This document shows, piece by piece, positions 1-8,365 of a stretch of DNA of 37,977 nucleotides. The position numbers were made by a program, and so were the translations under genes. Each line of letters starts with the position of its first letter. Position 1 is the first letter of the stretch. The stretch spans positions 1 to 37,977 of the forward strand of contig CAZZCD010000001.1 of NCBI GenBank assembly GCA_964652735.1, written 5' to 3'. A model generated the notes under the pieces. The model made no database searches and had not been told where the DNA came from. It saw only the letters and a program-made list of their open reading frames with translations. This DNA comes from Candidatus Woesearchaeota archaeon. Lineage in GTDB: Archaea > Nanobdellota > Nanobdellia > Pacearchaeales > GW2011-AR1.

Positions 1-2
1 GT

Positions 3-98
3 GTTGGTATAGAAAGAGTTTTACAATGGATTTGTGGATTAGAAAGTATAAAAGATGCAATTGCTTTCCCAAGAACTATGACCCGGATGAAGCCTTAA
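3..98 (+). CDS. 3' end of a class II aminoacyl-tRNA synthetase (Asp/Asn type), truncated by the window edge
   Basis: Frame 3 reads VGIERVLQWICGLESIKDAIAFPRTMTRMKP*. This resembles the class IIb motif-3 region (G-x-E-R ... FPR). Stop TAA is at 96-98. Confidence 0.6.
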   Translation, partial: VGIERVLQWICGLESIKDAIAFPRTMTRMKP

Positions 99-99
99 A

Positions 100-903
100 A
101 TGAAAATTCTAATTATTGGTGATCCCCATGGAGAATTATCTAAATTAAGAAGAATTCCTAAAAAAGGAATTGATTTGATTCTTTTAACAGGAGATATAGG
201 AAAAGCTGATTTAGCCAGAAAAAGATCTTTTGAAAATTTCGAGAGGGAAAAAAAAGGGTTGAAAGAATTAGAATATGATTCTAAGTATAGGAAAGCTGTA
301 CACATGGAAATACATAATTCTACTTTGAGGATTTTAAAATATCTTTCTAAATTCGCTCCTGTTTATTCAATTCAAGGAAATGTTGGGATTCCTACTTTGT
401 CCTGCGTTAAAGAGGATAATAAAAAATATGGGCTAAATTTATCTTCTACAAGAAAAGAAGTGGATTTAATGAAAAAAATTAAACTAGTAAAAAATAGATT
501 AAGAATTTTAAAAGGACTTAGGATTGGATTTTTAGAGTATTTTACAGATACTTGTTGGGTGAGAGAATTCAAACCATCTTATTATAGAAGGAATATGAAG
601 AAGGCTAAAAAAGAAACAGATAAAGCCAAGAGAGTTTTAAAGAAATTTAAGAATATTGATATTTTAATTTGTCATCAGCCCCCCTATGGAATTTTAGATA
701 AAGTTACTTGGAAAGAAGCTCCTAAACATTACCAGGGAAAACATGCGGGGAGTAAAGTTATACTTGATTATATAAGAAAAACACAACCACGATATGTTTT
801 TTGTGGGCATATACATGAAGCAAAAGGTATGCGAAAAATTGGAAAAACAGAAGTACATAATCTAGGTGTTGGTGGGTATAAAATCCTTAAAGTAAAGAAA
901 TAA
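100..903 (+). CDS. calcineurin-like metallophosphoesterase
   Basis: N-terminal IIGDPHGE, then LTGDIGK, ICHQPPYG and CGHIHE. These are the classical metallophosphoesterase metal-binding motifs. ATG start. Confidence 0.8.
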   Translation: MKILIIGDPHGELSKLRRIPKKGIDLILLTGDIGKADLARKRSFENFEREKKGLKELEYDSKYRKAVHMEIHNSTLRILKYLSKFAPVYSIQGNVGIPTLSCVKEDNKKYGLNLSSTRKEVDLMKKIKLVKNRLRILKGLRIGFLEYFTDTCWVREFKPSYYRRNMKKAKKETDKAKRVLKKFKNIDILICHQPPYGILDKVTWKEAPKHYQGKHAGSKVILDYIRKTQPRYVFCGHIHEAKGMRKIGKTEVHNLGVGGYKILKVKK

Positions 904-931
904 TTAAAAACTCCACATTTTTTGTTCTAAT

Positions 932-1597
932 ATGAAAATTAACAATGTTGAGCTTAAGTGGTTAGGGCATGCAGGATTTTTGATTAAAAACTCCAAGGTG
1001 ATTTATATTGACCCTTATAATATAAAAGATGATATTGAAAAGGCTGATTTGATTCTTTTAACTCATAGTCATTATGATCATTGCAGTGTTGCTGATATGA
1101 ATAAGATTGTTAAAGAAGGAACAAGAATAATTGCTCCTGCAGATTGCCAGAGTAAGATAACAAAGTTCGATGTTCCTGTTAAAATAGGAATAATAGAGCC
1201 TGGTCAGAAATTAGATTTTGGGAATGTTGAGATATCTACTTTTCCTTCTTATAATATTGATAAACATTTTCATCCAAAAGAAGAATCCTGGATAGGATAT
1301 CTAATAAAAACGAATGATGTTTTGATATATCATGCAGGAGATACAGATATTATTCCAGAGATGCAGAAACTTACAGGATATAAACAATTAGATAAAGAAT
1401 TTATAGCACTTCTTCCTGTAGGTGGAAGATTCACCATGAGTGCAGAAGAAGCTGTTGAAGCAGCGAGGACAATCAAGCCATCTATTGCAATTCCAATGCA
1501 CTGGGGAAGCATTGTCGGAAGCAAGGACGATGCTCAAGAGTTTGTAGATTTGTGCAAAGAGGAAGGAATTAAGGCAGAAATCTTGGAAAAAGAGTGA
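932..1597 (+). CDS. MBL-fold metal-dependent hydrolase (UPF0173-like)
   Basis: LGHAGFLI ... LLTHSHYDHCS (HxHxDH motif), then YHAGDT and IPMHWG. Confidence 0.8.
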   Translation: MKINNVELKWLGHAGFLIKNSKVIYIDPYNIKDDIEKADLILLTHSHYDHCSVADMNKIVKEGTRIIAPADCQSKITKFDVPVKIGIIEPGQKLDFGNVEISTFPSYNIDKHFHPKEESWIGYLIKTNDVLIYHAGDTDIIPEMQKLTGYKQLDKEFIALLPVGGRFTMSAEEAVEAARTIKPSIAIPMHWGSIVGSKDDAQEFVDLCKEEGIKAEILEKE

Positions 1598-1846
1598 AAT
1601 TCTGAAAAATCATTCCAAAATATATTAATCAACCTTTATCTTACATTAGAGAAATATTTTTAAAGAAGAAAACATTTAGTTTTTTATAATATTAATTTAT
1701 TCAACTTGGCGGTTTGAGTAAATTATTGTTGTGAGGTGAATTCTTTGTTTATAGTTGGAAGTGTGTTAACTATTTAAACCTTTCCGAAAAAAGAAAGGTG
1801 TGATAGGCATTTCCAATTTTATAAAGATACAAGGAGGTTAAAAAAA

Positions 1847-2926
1847 ATGGTGTTAGATTTCGCACAAGAGGCAATAGAAAAAGTGGAAACACACAGCATC
1901 AACTTTGATGATTTGAGAGCTGGAAAGGCGAACATTAAAGTTATTGGTGTTGGTGGTATGGGTTGTAATGCAATAACTTGGCTTTTTAACAAAGGAATCA
2001 ATGGTGCCGGTGTTTATGCAACAAATACAGATGCGTTGCACTTAAGTGTTTCAAAAGCAGATGAAAAGCTTCTTTTGGGCAAAGAGTTGACAAGAGGTTT
2101 AGGTGCAGGAGGAAACTACCAGACAGGAAGAGAAGCTGCAAAAGAATCTCTTTCAGATTTGAAGAAAGCTGTTTCTGGTGCAGATATGGTATTTGTTTTA
2201 GCAGGTATGGGTGGTGGAACAGGAACAGGAGCTGCTCCAATTGTTGCCCAGCTTTCTAAAGAGACAGGGGCTGTTGTTATAGGGGTTATTACAATGCCTT
2301 TTGAAGCTGAGAAAGCAAGAATGGACAAGGCTGAGTTTGGTCTTCAGGAGCTACGAGAGGTTACAGATACTTGTATTGTTCTTGATAATAATAGACTTGT
2401 TGATATTGCTGGACAGTTGCCTATTGAACAGGCTTTTGCTGTTGCTAACGAGCTGGTAAGTACAATGGTTAAAGGAATTGTTGAGACAATAACTCTGCCA
2501 AGTTTGATTAATTTGGACTATGCTGACGTTTCTGCAATTATGAAGGGTGGTGGTGTTGCTGTTATTGGCATTGGAGAAGACGATTCCTCAGAACGTGTTA
2601 GTCAGGCTGTTAAACAAGCCCTTACACATCCTCTACTTGACGTGGATTATAAGGGAGCTAATGGAGCCTTGATACATGTTACCTGTGGTCCTGACTTGAA
2701 GTTAGAAGAGTTTGACCATATTGGAAGAATTGTTTCTGATAACTTAGGTCCTGAAGCAAATGTAATAATTGGTGCTAGAATCAGCAAAGAATTTGCTGGA
2801 AGAGTTCGTGTTATTACTATCATGACAGGGGTAAAGTCTCCTTACTTGCTTGGAAAGTCTGCAGAAGAATCTCTAGAACCTATTTCCAAAGAATTGTCTG
2901 ATGTTGGAATAGAGGTCTGGAGTTAA
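1847..2926 (+). CDS. ftsZ: cell division GTPase FtsZ
   Basis: IKVIGVGGMGCNA and the tubulin signature GMGGGTGTGAAP. A GGAGGT Shine-Dalgarno-like motif sits 8 nt upstream of the ATG. Confidence 0.95.
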   Translation: MVLDFAQEAIEKVETHSINFDDLRAGKANIKVIGVGGMGCNAITWLFNKGINGAGVYATNTDALHLSVSKADEKLLLGKELTRGLGAGGNYQTGREAAKESLSDLKKAVSGADMVFVLAGMGGGTGTGAAPIVAQLSKETGAVVIGVITMPFEAEKARMDKAEFGLQELREVTDTCIVLDNNRLVDIAGQLPIEQAFAVANELVSTMVKGIVETITLPSLINLDYADVSAIMKGGGVAVIGIGEDDSSERVSQAVKQALTHPLLDVDYKGANGALIHVTCGPDLKLEEFDHIGRIVSDNLGPEANVIIGARISKEFAGRVRVITIMTGVKSPYLLGKSAEESLEPISKELSDVGIEVWS

Positions 2927-2941
2927 AGAGGTTTTATTTTA

Positions 2942-2980
2942 CCTGAGGAGAAATCCTCAGGATTTTATTTTTTTGTTTTT
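2942..2980 (+). terminator. hairpin plus oligo-T tract downstream of ftsZ
   Basis: CCTGAGGA-GAAA-TCCTCAGG (perfect 8-bp stem, 2942-2961) is followed by TTTTATTTTTTTGTTTTT. It lies between the convergent genes ftsZ and the nitroreductase gene. Confidence 0.45.
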
Positions 2981-3002
2981 AGAATTAATTTATTAAGCAT
3001 AA

Positions 3003-3560
3003 TCAGACGTCTAATTTCTTCAGCGGCTTCATCCTTTTCTCGCCGTACTCATTGAAATAAAGTATATTATCAAGATCTATTTTTGTTTTTCGCGTATGTT
3101 TTTTTTCATATTCAAGTCCTATAGGGAAAATCGCTTCAACATGTATTTCTTTTGGAATTTTTAATATTCTTTTGATTTGACTCTCTACAAAATAGCCAAC
3201 CCAACATGTGGAGAGTCCTGACTTTGTTATTTTTAATAAAAAGTTTTGAATTGCAGCACCTGCTTGTTGTCTTAAATAAATCTCTCCTTGTTTCCCGTAA
3301 GAATTAACTGTTCTTGAAGGATTTGAGCAGACGACAACAACATACTGTGCCTGAGAAATAAAATCCTGTTGTGCAGCTTCTGATATCTTTTTTATAGCTT
3401 CAGAGTTATCCACGAGAATAAATTTTAGCGAATAAATTCCTCCTGCTATTGGAGCATATCTCGCACTGTCAATACATTCAATAATATTTCTCCAGTTAGG
3501 CTTTTTTGAGCTAAATTTTCTCACACTTGTTCTTGATTTAATTGCTTTGTCAAGTTCCAT
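3003..3560 (-). CDS. nitroreductase family protein
   Basis: N-terminal AIKSRTSVRKF, followed by ARYAPIAGG and CWVGYF, as is typical of the nitroreductase fold. Confidence 0.8.
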   Translation of the reverse strand: MELDKAIKSRTSVRKFSSKKPNWRNIIECIDSARYAPIAGGIYSLKFILVDNSEAIKKISEAAQQDFISQAQYVVVVCSNPSRTVNSYGKQGEIYLRQQAGAAIQNFLLKITKSGLSTCWVGYFVESQIKRILKIPKEIHVEAIFPIGLEYEKKHTRKTKIDLDNILYFNEYGEKRMKPLKKLDV

Positions 3561-3590
3561 GTTTTTTATAGCAGATAGATATTTATAAAA

Positions 3591-4688
3591 TTAATTAAAC
3601 CCTATCACACCTCCGCCAAGCACTTCTTTTCCCTTATAGAGAACAATTGCCTGTCCTTCTGAAACCCCTGTTATTGCTTTCTTTAAAGTAGCTTTGTATT
3701 GTTTCTTGTTTCTGTTATATGAAAGTTTACAAGGCAATAATTCACCAACCTGTCGTATTCGTGCTCTTAGTTCATGACTTTTATTTTTTTCTGGTTTCTT
3801 ATTTATCCAATGGGGATTTTTCATCATAATTTCTTTTCTGTAAAGAATCTTGTGACCTTCTGGTGCTGCGATTATTTCATTTTTCTTTAAATCTTTTCTA
3901 GCTACATACCACCTCTTGAGTTTTTTTCCTTTTCCTTTTTCTATTTCTATGCCAAACCTAGAACCTATCCTCTGGCCGATTGTGTAATAATATATTCCAT
4001 CGTGTTCTCCTATCTGGTTTCCCTCTGGTCCAAGGATTTTTCCTTTTTTTGGTTTAATTCTTTTCTGAAGGAATTTTTTTAGATTTATTTTTCCGATAAA
4101 ACATATTCCCACAGTTCCTTTTCTGTCAAAATTTGGAAATTTGTTCTTTCTTGCAATTTCTCTGACATTTTTTTTAGTATAATCTCCTATAGGAAATAAA
4201 GAACACCTCAAATCTTTCTGGCTTAATCTGTAAAGAAAATATGACTGGTCTTTGGATTCGTCTTTTGCTCTGAGAAGCTTGGTTCCCTTTATTCTTGCAT
4301 AATGCCCTGTGACAATATAATCTGCCTGTAGTTTTTTTGCAGCTTTCCAAAGTAGGGGAAATTTTATTTTCTGGTTGCAATCTATGTCTGGATTCGGTGT
4401 TATGGCTTTTTTATAATTTTTAAACATTTCATCCACAACATGTTTTTTATATTCTTTTTCAAAATCAAGAGTAATTAGGGGAATTTTGAGTTTTGCAGCA
4501 ATCTTCATAGCTATTTTTCTGTCTTCTTTCCAAGAGCATTCGTGTGTGAGGGGGTCTTTAGTATCACTCCAGTTCTTCATAAAAGCACCGATTACTTCAT
4601 GCCCTTTTTTCTTCATTAGAAATGCTGCTATACTTGAATCAACTCCCCCAGACATTGCCACGAGAACTTTTGATTTTTTGAGCTCCAT
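3591..4688 (-). CDS. mnmA: tRNA-specific 2-thiouridylase MnmA (bacterial type)
   Basis: PP-loop VAMSGGVDSS, with GHYAR and QSYFL motifs. The track starts at a TTG (4691). An ATG one codon downstream (4688) is the more likely start. Confidence 0.85.
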   Translation of the reverse strand: MELKKSKVLVAMSGGVDSSIAAFLMKKKGHEVIGAFMKNWSDTKDPLTHECSWKEDRKIAMKIAAKLKIPLITLDFEKEYKKHVVDEMFKNYKKAITPNPDIDCNQKIKFPLLWKAAKKLQADYIVTGHYARIKGTKLLRAKDESKDQSYFLYRLSQKDLRCSLFPIGDYTKKNVREIARKNKFPNFDRKGTVGICFIGKINLKKFLQKRIKPKKGKILGPEGNQIGEHDGIYYYTIGQRIGSRFGIEIEKGKGKKLKRWYVARKDLKKNEIIAAPEGHKILYRKEIMMKNPHWINKKPEKNKSHELRARIRQVGELLPCKLSYNRNKKQYKATLKKAITGVSEGQAIVLYKGKEVLGGGVIGFN

Positions 4689-4739
4689 CAAAGAAATAGT
4701 TAATTATTGGTTAAAAAAGTTTACACAGCAAGTTTTAGT

Positions 4740-5096
4740 TCATGGATATGAATAGTACATTGATTTCTTGCTTAATTTTACGCAAACATCTCTTAGTTCT
4801 TCTTGCCTCTTTCTTGAAAATTCTCTAAAGTGGGTCAAGTCTTTAGCCAAAAGATTTATCTGTAGATAAACATCATCATCCTTTTTCCCTTCCCAAGCTT
4901 CAATATTTGGCCATATTACTTCTGTAAGCATGAGAAGACCTTTCGGATCTAATTGCTCTTTTGAAATTTTACCTAATTCTTTTGCTAATTCTTTTACATT
5001 AGAATAGTCTTTTTCCTTTGCCCCTTTATTTATATATAGGTCTGTCGCAATTGCAGATAAACTTGTTAGAAAAGCTAAACCCCTATAATTTCTCAT
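4740..5096 (-). CDS. hypothetical protein
   Basis: 118-aa ORF with an ATG start in a non-overlapping gap. No motif recognised. Confidence 0.45.
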   Translation of the reverse strand: MRNYRGLAFLTSLSAIATDLYINKGAKEKDYSNVKELAKELGKISKEQLDPKGLLMLTEVIWPNIEAWEGKKDDDVYLQINLLAKDLTHFREFSRKRQEELRDVCVKLSKKSMYYSYP

Positions 5097-5143
5097 TCTA
5101 TAAGATTAGAATTCAATCTTAAAAAGATTATTGTAATAGAAAA

Positions 5144-5258
5144 CGTCCCGGGTAGGACTCGAACCTACGACTTAACGGTCTCTATCGTTTTCTAGGAGGT
5201 GCGGAACCTAGGTTCTGCGCTAACAGCCGTTCGCTCTGACCAACTGAGCTACCGGGAC
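5144..5258 (-). tRNA. tRNA-Asn(GUU) with a 41-nt intron at canonical position 37/38
   Basis: The reverse complement folds as GUCCCGG-UA-GCUC-AGUUGGUCA-GAGC-G-AACGG-CUGUUA|intron|A-CCGUU-AAGUC-GUAGG-UUCGAGU-CCUAC-CCGGGAC-G. Acceptor stem is 7 bp and the discriminator is G73. BHB motif: CUGU pairs with AUAG, flanked by the 3-nt bulges UA|G and AG|A. The intron occupies 5180-5220. No CCA is encoded. Confidence 0.88.
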
Positions 5259-5310
5259 ATAAATCTTGGAATTGAGAACTATATTTAAAGCTTATTCTTT
5301 TAATCTAAGA

Positions 5311-6060
5311 TTAAGGTTTTAGACTCATCCCATCTTTTGCTGCTGCTACTTCTATTCCAGAAGCCTCTTGAATGATTTTTGCTTGTTTTTCAACATTTGC
5401 TTTAATCATTTCTTCAGAGAAATGTTGGATTACTGCTTTTCTTGGTTTTGTAATCCTTAAAAATTCTATGACATTATCTACACTTGTATGCAAATTTTGA
5501 ATTGTTGGTTTTCCATGAGGAATTAGAACGTTAAATATTAATATATCCATATTTTTGTAAAATTCTTCTAAACCTCTTATATCCCCATCTCCTACATAAC
5601 CTATTCTTTTCTTTCCTAAAATTTTCATTCCTAAGCCACAATCTAAGTGATTATTCTTTATTGCTTCAAAGGTTATGTTATTTATTTTTATTTTATCTTT
5701 ATGTTCAACCGCAAATGTTTTTTCAGGAATTGTTTGTTGGAATTTATTTATGCAAGGGTAATATGGGTTTGATTCAAATAAACACTTTTTTCCTGCTATT
5801 AGAAATGTTCCTTTTTTTCTTAAGGAATCAATTAAACAATTTGCATCAGCATAATGGTCTGGATGAGGGTGTGTTACTATTAATCCATTTAATTCCAATA
5901 AATTTATTTTAAGATTATTTGCATTGACTATCGTACCTGGTCCAGGATCTAAAATAAATTTTAATCTGTCTAATTCAAAATATAATGAACTTGTTTTAAT
6001 GGTTTGTTTTAACATTCCCATGTCTCCACTGCCTGTCCCAATGAAAATTATTTTATCCAT
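5311..6060 (-). CDS. MBL-fold metallo-hydrolase
   Basis: IFIGTGSG ... LIVTHPHPDHYAD (HxHxDH) ... GYVGDGD. Confidence 0.75.
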   Translation of the reverse strand: MDKIIFIGTGSGDMGMLKQTIKTSSLYFELDRLKFILDPGPGTIVNANNLKINLLELNGLIVTHPHPDHYADANCLIDSLRKKGTFLIAGKKCLFESNPYYPCINKFQQTIPEKTFAVEHKDKIKINNITFEAIKNNHLDCGLGMKILGKKRIGYVGDGDIRGLEEFYKNMDILIFNVLIPHGKPTIQNLHTSVDNVIEFLRITKPRKAVIQHFSEEMIKANVEKQAKIIQEASGIEVAAAKDGMSLKP

Positions 6061-6061
6061 T

Positions 6062-6562
6062 TTATTCTTTCAAACCTAAGTCAACAATTGGTTTGATCTG
6101 GTGTTTTTCTAGATTACTATAAACATTTGAATGTTTTGAACCTCTAATAATAGAAATGATGGCTTCTTGGGCATTTTCTATAAATTCAGGATCTCCTATT
6201 ATCCCAACATAATTATCTTTTAACTCAAAATTACATTTTGTCAGTTGATGCAGGGTTCCTAATGCTTTTCCTTTTTTTCCGATAATTCTAGCCCGAATTC
6301 TTTTTAGATCTCTTCTTTTTGTATGGTCTTTTATATTTATTATTTCAAGGAGATTATCCTCTTTTTTTATCAATAGCGCAATTGAAAATGGAAATCCAAA
6401 ATTTAGTGCGTCAATCACTTTCTCTGCAATATATTCATCTTCAGGCGTTCCTTCAATTGTGACTTCTTTTCCTCTGTTTTTTATCTTAATGTTGAATTCT
6501 TCTTCTAACTTCTTCTTGTTCTTTATTATTCTTGGAACTTTCTCACAGTAGATAGTTTCCAT
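6062..6562 (-). CDS. KH-domain RNA-binding protein (archaeal Dim2/Pno1-like)
   Basis: IIGKKGKALGTLHQLT is a GxxG KH motif, and the layout has two KH-like halves. The gene is adjacent to aIF-1A. Confidence 0.75.
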   Translation of the reverse strand: METIYCEKVPRIIKNKKKLEEEFNIKIKNRGKEVTIEGTPEDEYIAEKVIDALNFGFPFSIALLIKKEDNLLEIINIKDHTKRRDLKRIRARIIGKKGKALGTLHQLTKCNFELKDNYVGIIGDPEFIENAQEAIISIIRGSKHSNVYSNLEKHQIKPIVDLGLKE

Positions 6563-6564
6563 TT

Positions 6565-6885
6565 TCAGAATTCAAGTATTTCAGATTTTAGATAGCCTTT
6601 TTCTTTTAGCCATTCAACCTGATTTATTCTATACTTGAAAATAACATCCCCTTTATTTTTATCAAGTTCCCATAATTTTATGATTACAACATCTCCTGGA
6701 CGAAGCCATAACTTTCTCTTTAATCTCCCTGGAACACGACAGTTTCTTTTTTTCCCATCCAGACAATTCACAAACATTTTGTTCCCCCCAAGTCTTTGTT
6801 CTATAATTCCAATTATTTCTTCTCCTCTTGGGAGTCTTACTCTTGTAACTTTTTCTTCGTTTTGATTATCTTTATTATTTTTCAT
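6565..6885 (-). CDS. eif1a: translation initiation factor aIF-1A
   Basis: VRLPRGEEIIGIIEQRLGGNKMFVNCLDGKKRNCRVPGRLKRKLWLRPGDVVII matches the S1-like OB fold of eIF1A. Confidence 0.92.
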   Translation of the reverse strand: MKNNKDNQNEEKVTRVRLPRGEEIIGIIEQRLGGNKMFVNCLDGKKRNCRVPGRLKRKLWLRPGDVVIIKLWELDKNKGDVIFKYRINQVEWLKEKGYLKSEILEF

Positions 6886-6936
6886 TATTTTCTATGTAGA
6901 TAATTAAAAAGAGTTGTTTATAAAATTTGAGTTGAT

Positions 6937-7233
6937 TTAGAATAAAACCATTGCAAAAGGAATTCCTTTGATTTTTCCTATTTCTTTTATTGAGATAACT
7001 CCTGCTTTTAATGCCGTATTTATGGATTTTTCACCCACAATATTGAAAGTTGCGTCTTCTGCGGACATTTTTTTCATTATCTCTATAACACCCACTTCAT
7101 CAACTTCTTTTCCTTTATAGAAACTCTCTTTAATATCAAGTTGAAATTTTCCTTCTTCAAACTTTTTCCCTAGAAGTTCTTTATCACAAATTACAACTAC
7201 GTCTCTATAGGATTTTATTATATTCACAAACAT
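6937..7233 (-). CDS. DUF424-family archaeal protein
   Basis: VVVICDKELLGKKFEEGKFQLDI...FYKG...NIVGEKSI...IKGIPFA matches my recollection of the DUF424 pattern. Confidence 0.6.
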   Translation of the reverse strand: MFVNIIKSYRDVVVICDKELLGKKFEEGKFQLDIKESFYKGKEVDEVGVIEIMKKMSAEDATFNIVGEKSINTALKAGVISIKEIGKIKGIPFAMVLF

Positions 7234-7279
7234 TTTCCTTTAAATTTTACTCAAGGCTGATTAAAAATAAGAATTTAAA

Positions 7280-7471
7280 TTAAAAAGATTTTTTAGCTCC
7301 TTCTTTAATTGCTTTTTCTGCGTTATCTTTAGATACTATAGCACTCATCCTTGTATCACATACTTTACAATTTCCTTGAGCCATATATCCTCCTCTCGCA
7401 GTTTGTTTAATTTCAGGGTTTTTCATTTCCCTACCCTTTTCTTTACATCTTACACAATATCCGCTTACCAT
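7280..7471 (-). CDS. small zinc-ribbon protein (DUF5679-like)
   Basis: CVRCKEK...QGNCKVCDTRM forms a CxxC...CxxC motif. The track ORF begins at a TTG (7489). The ATG at 7471 (MVSGYCVRC) is the more plausible start. Confidence 0.6.
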   Translation of the reverse strand: MVSGYCVRCKEKGREMKNPEIKQTARGGYMAQGNCKVCDTRMSAIVSKDNAEKAIKEGAKKSF

Positions 7472-7526
7472 ATTAAATATACCTCCCAAAATGCCTAAGA
7501 AAGAATGATTTTTAAAGATTTAGATT

Positions 7527-7880
7527 TTAAGATTCATCGAAATGTTTGAATTCTGTGAATACCCTTCCTTTGAGATAAGCATATCCAACACCATTTGTAG
7601 CTATCCCTCCTTCTCTTCTAGAAGGCAAATCAAAAGAATGCTCTTTTAAATATCCTTTGAAACTTTCCAGATTTCTGAAATGCATTTCTCCTAAATCTAC
7701 TCTTGCATGTATTTCACCATTTTCTATAGATTTATATAAGCCAAAAATAACATATCCTATTCTTTTATCATTCCTTAAAGCTATTAATTTTTTAACTATC
7801 TCTTTTTCTTCTTCTGATACATGTGAAGACTTTAGGATTTCTTCGTCTTCTACCTTTCTTACTAAATCTTGATTTTTCAT
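7527..7880 (-). CDS. hypothetical protein
   Basis: 117-aa ORF with an ATG start, located 4 nt downstream of the aIF-2beta stop. No motif recognised. Confidence 0.45.
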   Translation of the reverse strand: MKNQDLVRKVEDEEILKSSHVSEEEKEIVKKLIALRNDKRIGYVIFGLYKSIENGEIHARVDLGEMHFRNLESFKGYLKEHSFDLPSRREGGIATNGVGYAYLKGRVFTEFKHFDES

Positions 7881-7884
7881 TTCA

Positions 7885-8295
7885 TTATCTTACAGAATGT
7901 TTTGCCCCACAGGCAAGGCAATGAACAAAATTTATTCGGTCTTTTCTTATAAGTTCTGTGTCAGGCTTTTTACATTCTCTGCATAAAACAAACTCATTAA
8001 CATATGCTTCTATTTTCTGGTTTATCTTTGGGCTTGGAACCTTTATGTTTAAAACAAGTCTATCTCCTTCTTTCTGTCCTGAAGCTGCAAGCTCTTTCAA
8101 CATAAATTTCTGAAAATGTTCTGGTTTTCTTCTTAAATGAGACGCTATCTGGTAAAAATTTGTAAGGATTGTTTTTCTACCTTCAAAATGCCCTTCTATT
8201 TTAGGAATTTCAAATCTATTTGAAGAAGTATTAGTTTGCTTTATTTTTTTATAAGCTTGTTCAAGGAGTTTTTCGTAATTTCCTTTATTTTCCAT
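7885..8295 (-). CDS. eif2b: translation initiation factor aIF-2 beta subunit
   Basis: The C-terminal zinc ribbon CRECKKPDTELIRKDRINFVHCLACGA and the upstream FEIPK ... GRKTIL motif are typical of eIF2beta/eIF5. Confidence 0.9.
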   Translation of the reverse strand: MENKGNYEKLLEQAYKKIKQTNTSSNRFEIPKIEGHFEGRKTILTNFYQIASHLRRKPEHFQKFMLKELAASGQKEGDRLVLNIKVPSPKINQKIEAYVNEFVLCRECKKPDTELIRKDRINFVHCLACGAKHSVR

Positions 8296-8316
8296 AGTTT
8301 AATGGTGAAAAATGAA

Positions 8317-8344
8317 TTTATAAGGTTTTTCAAAGGTTTATAAA
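8317..8344. promoter_or_regulatory. pair of divergent TATA boxes
   Basis: TTTATAAG (8317-8324) lies 22-29 nt upstream of the minus-strand aIF-2beta start (8295). TTTATAAA (8337-8344) lies 22-29 nt upstream of the plus-strand ATG at 8366. The spacing implies leaderless or near-leaderless mRNAs. Confidence 0.55.
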
Positions 8345-8365
8345 TCCTAAATTTTTGGGGGTTTT

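Noticed and set aside
1598-1846. A C/D-box sRNA or other known ncRNA in the ftsZ upstream spacer.
   Set aside because: There is no RUGAUGA C box paired with a CUGA D box at appropriate spacing, and no terminal stem. Only a generic hairpin is present, reported as a low-interest finding.
4689-4691. N-terminal extensions in the ORF track that start at TTG or GTG codons: 4691, 7489, 24600, 30503 and 34440.
   Set aside because: In each case an ATG lies 1-6 codons downstream and gives an N-terminus consistent with the family (for example MVSGYCVRC, MEDIIKEK). I used the ATG starts. The choice remains unverified.
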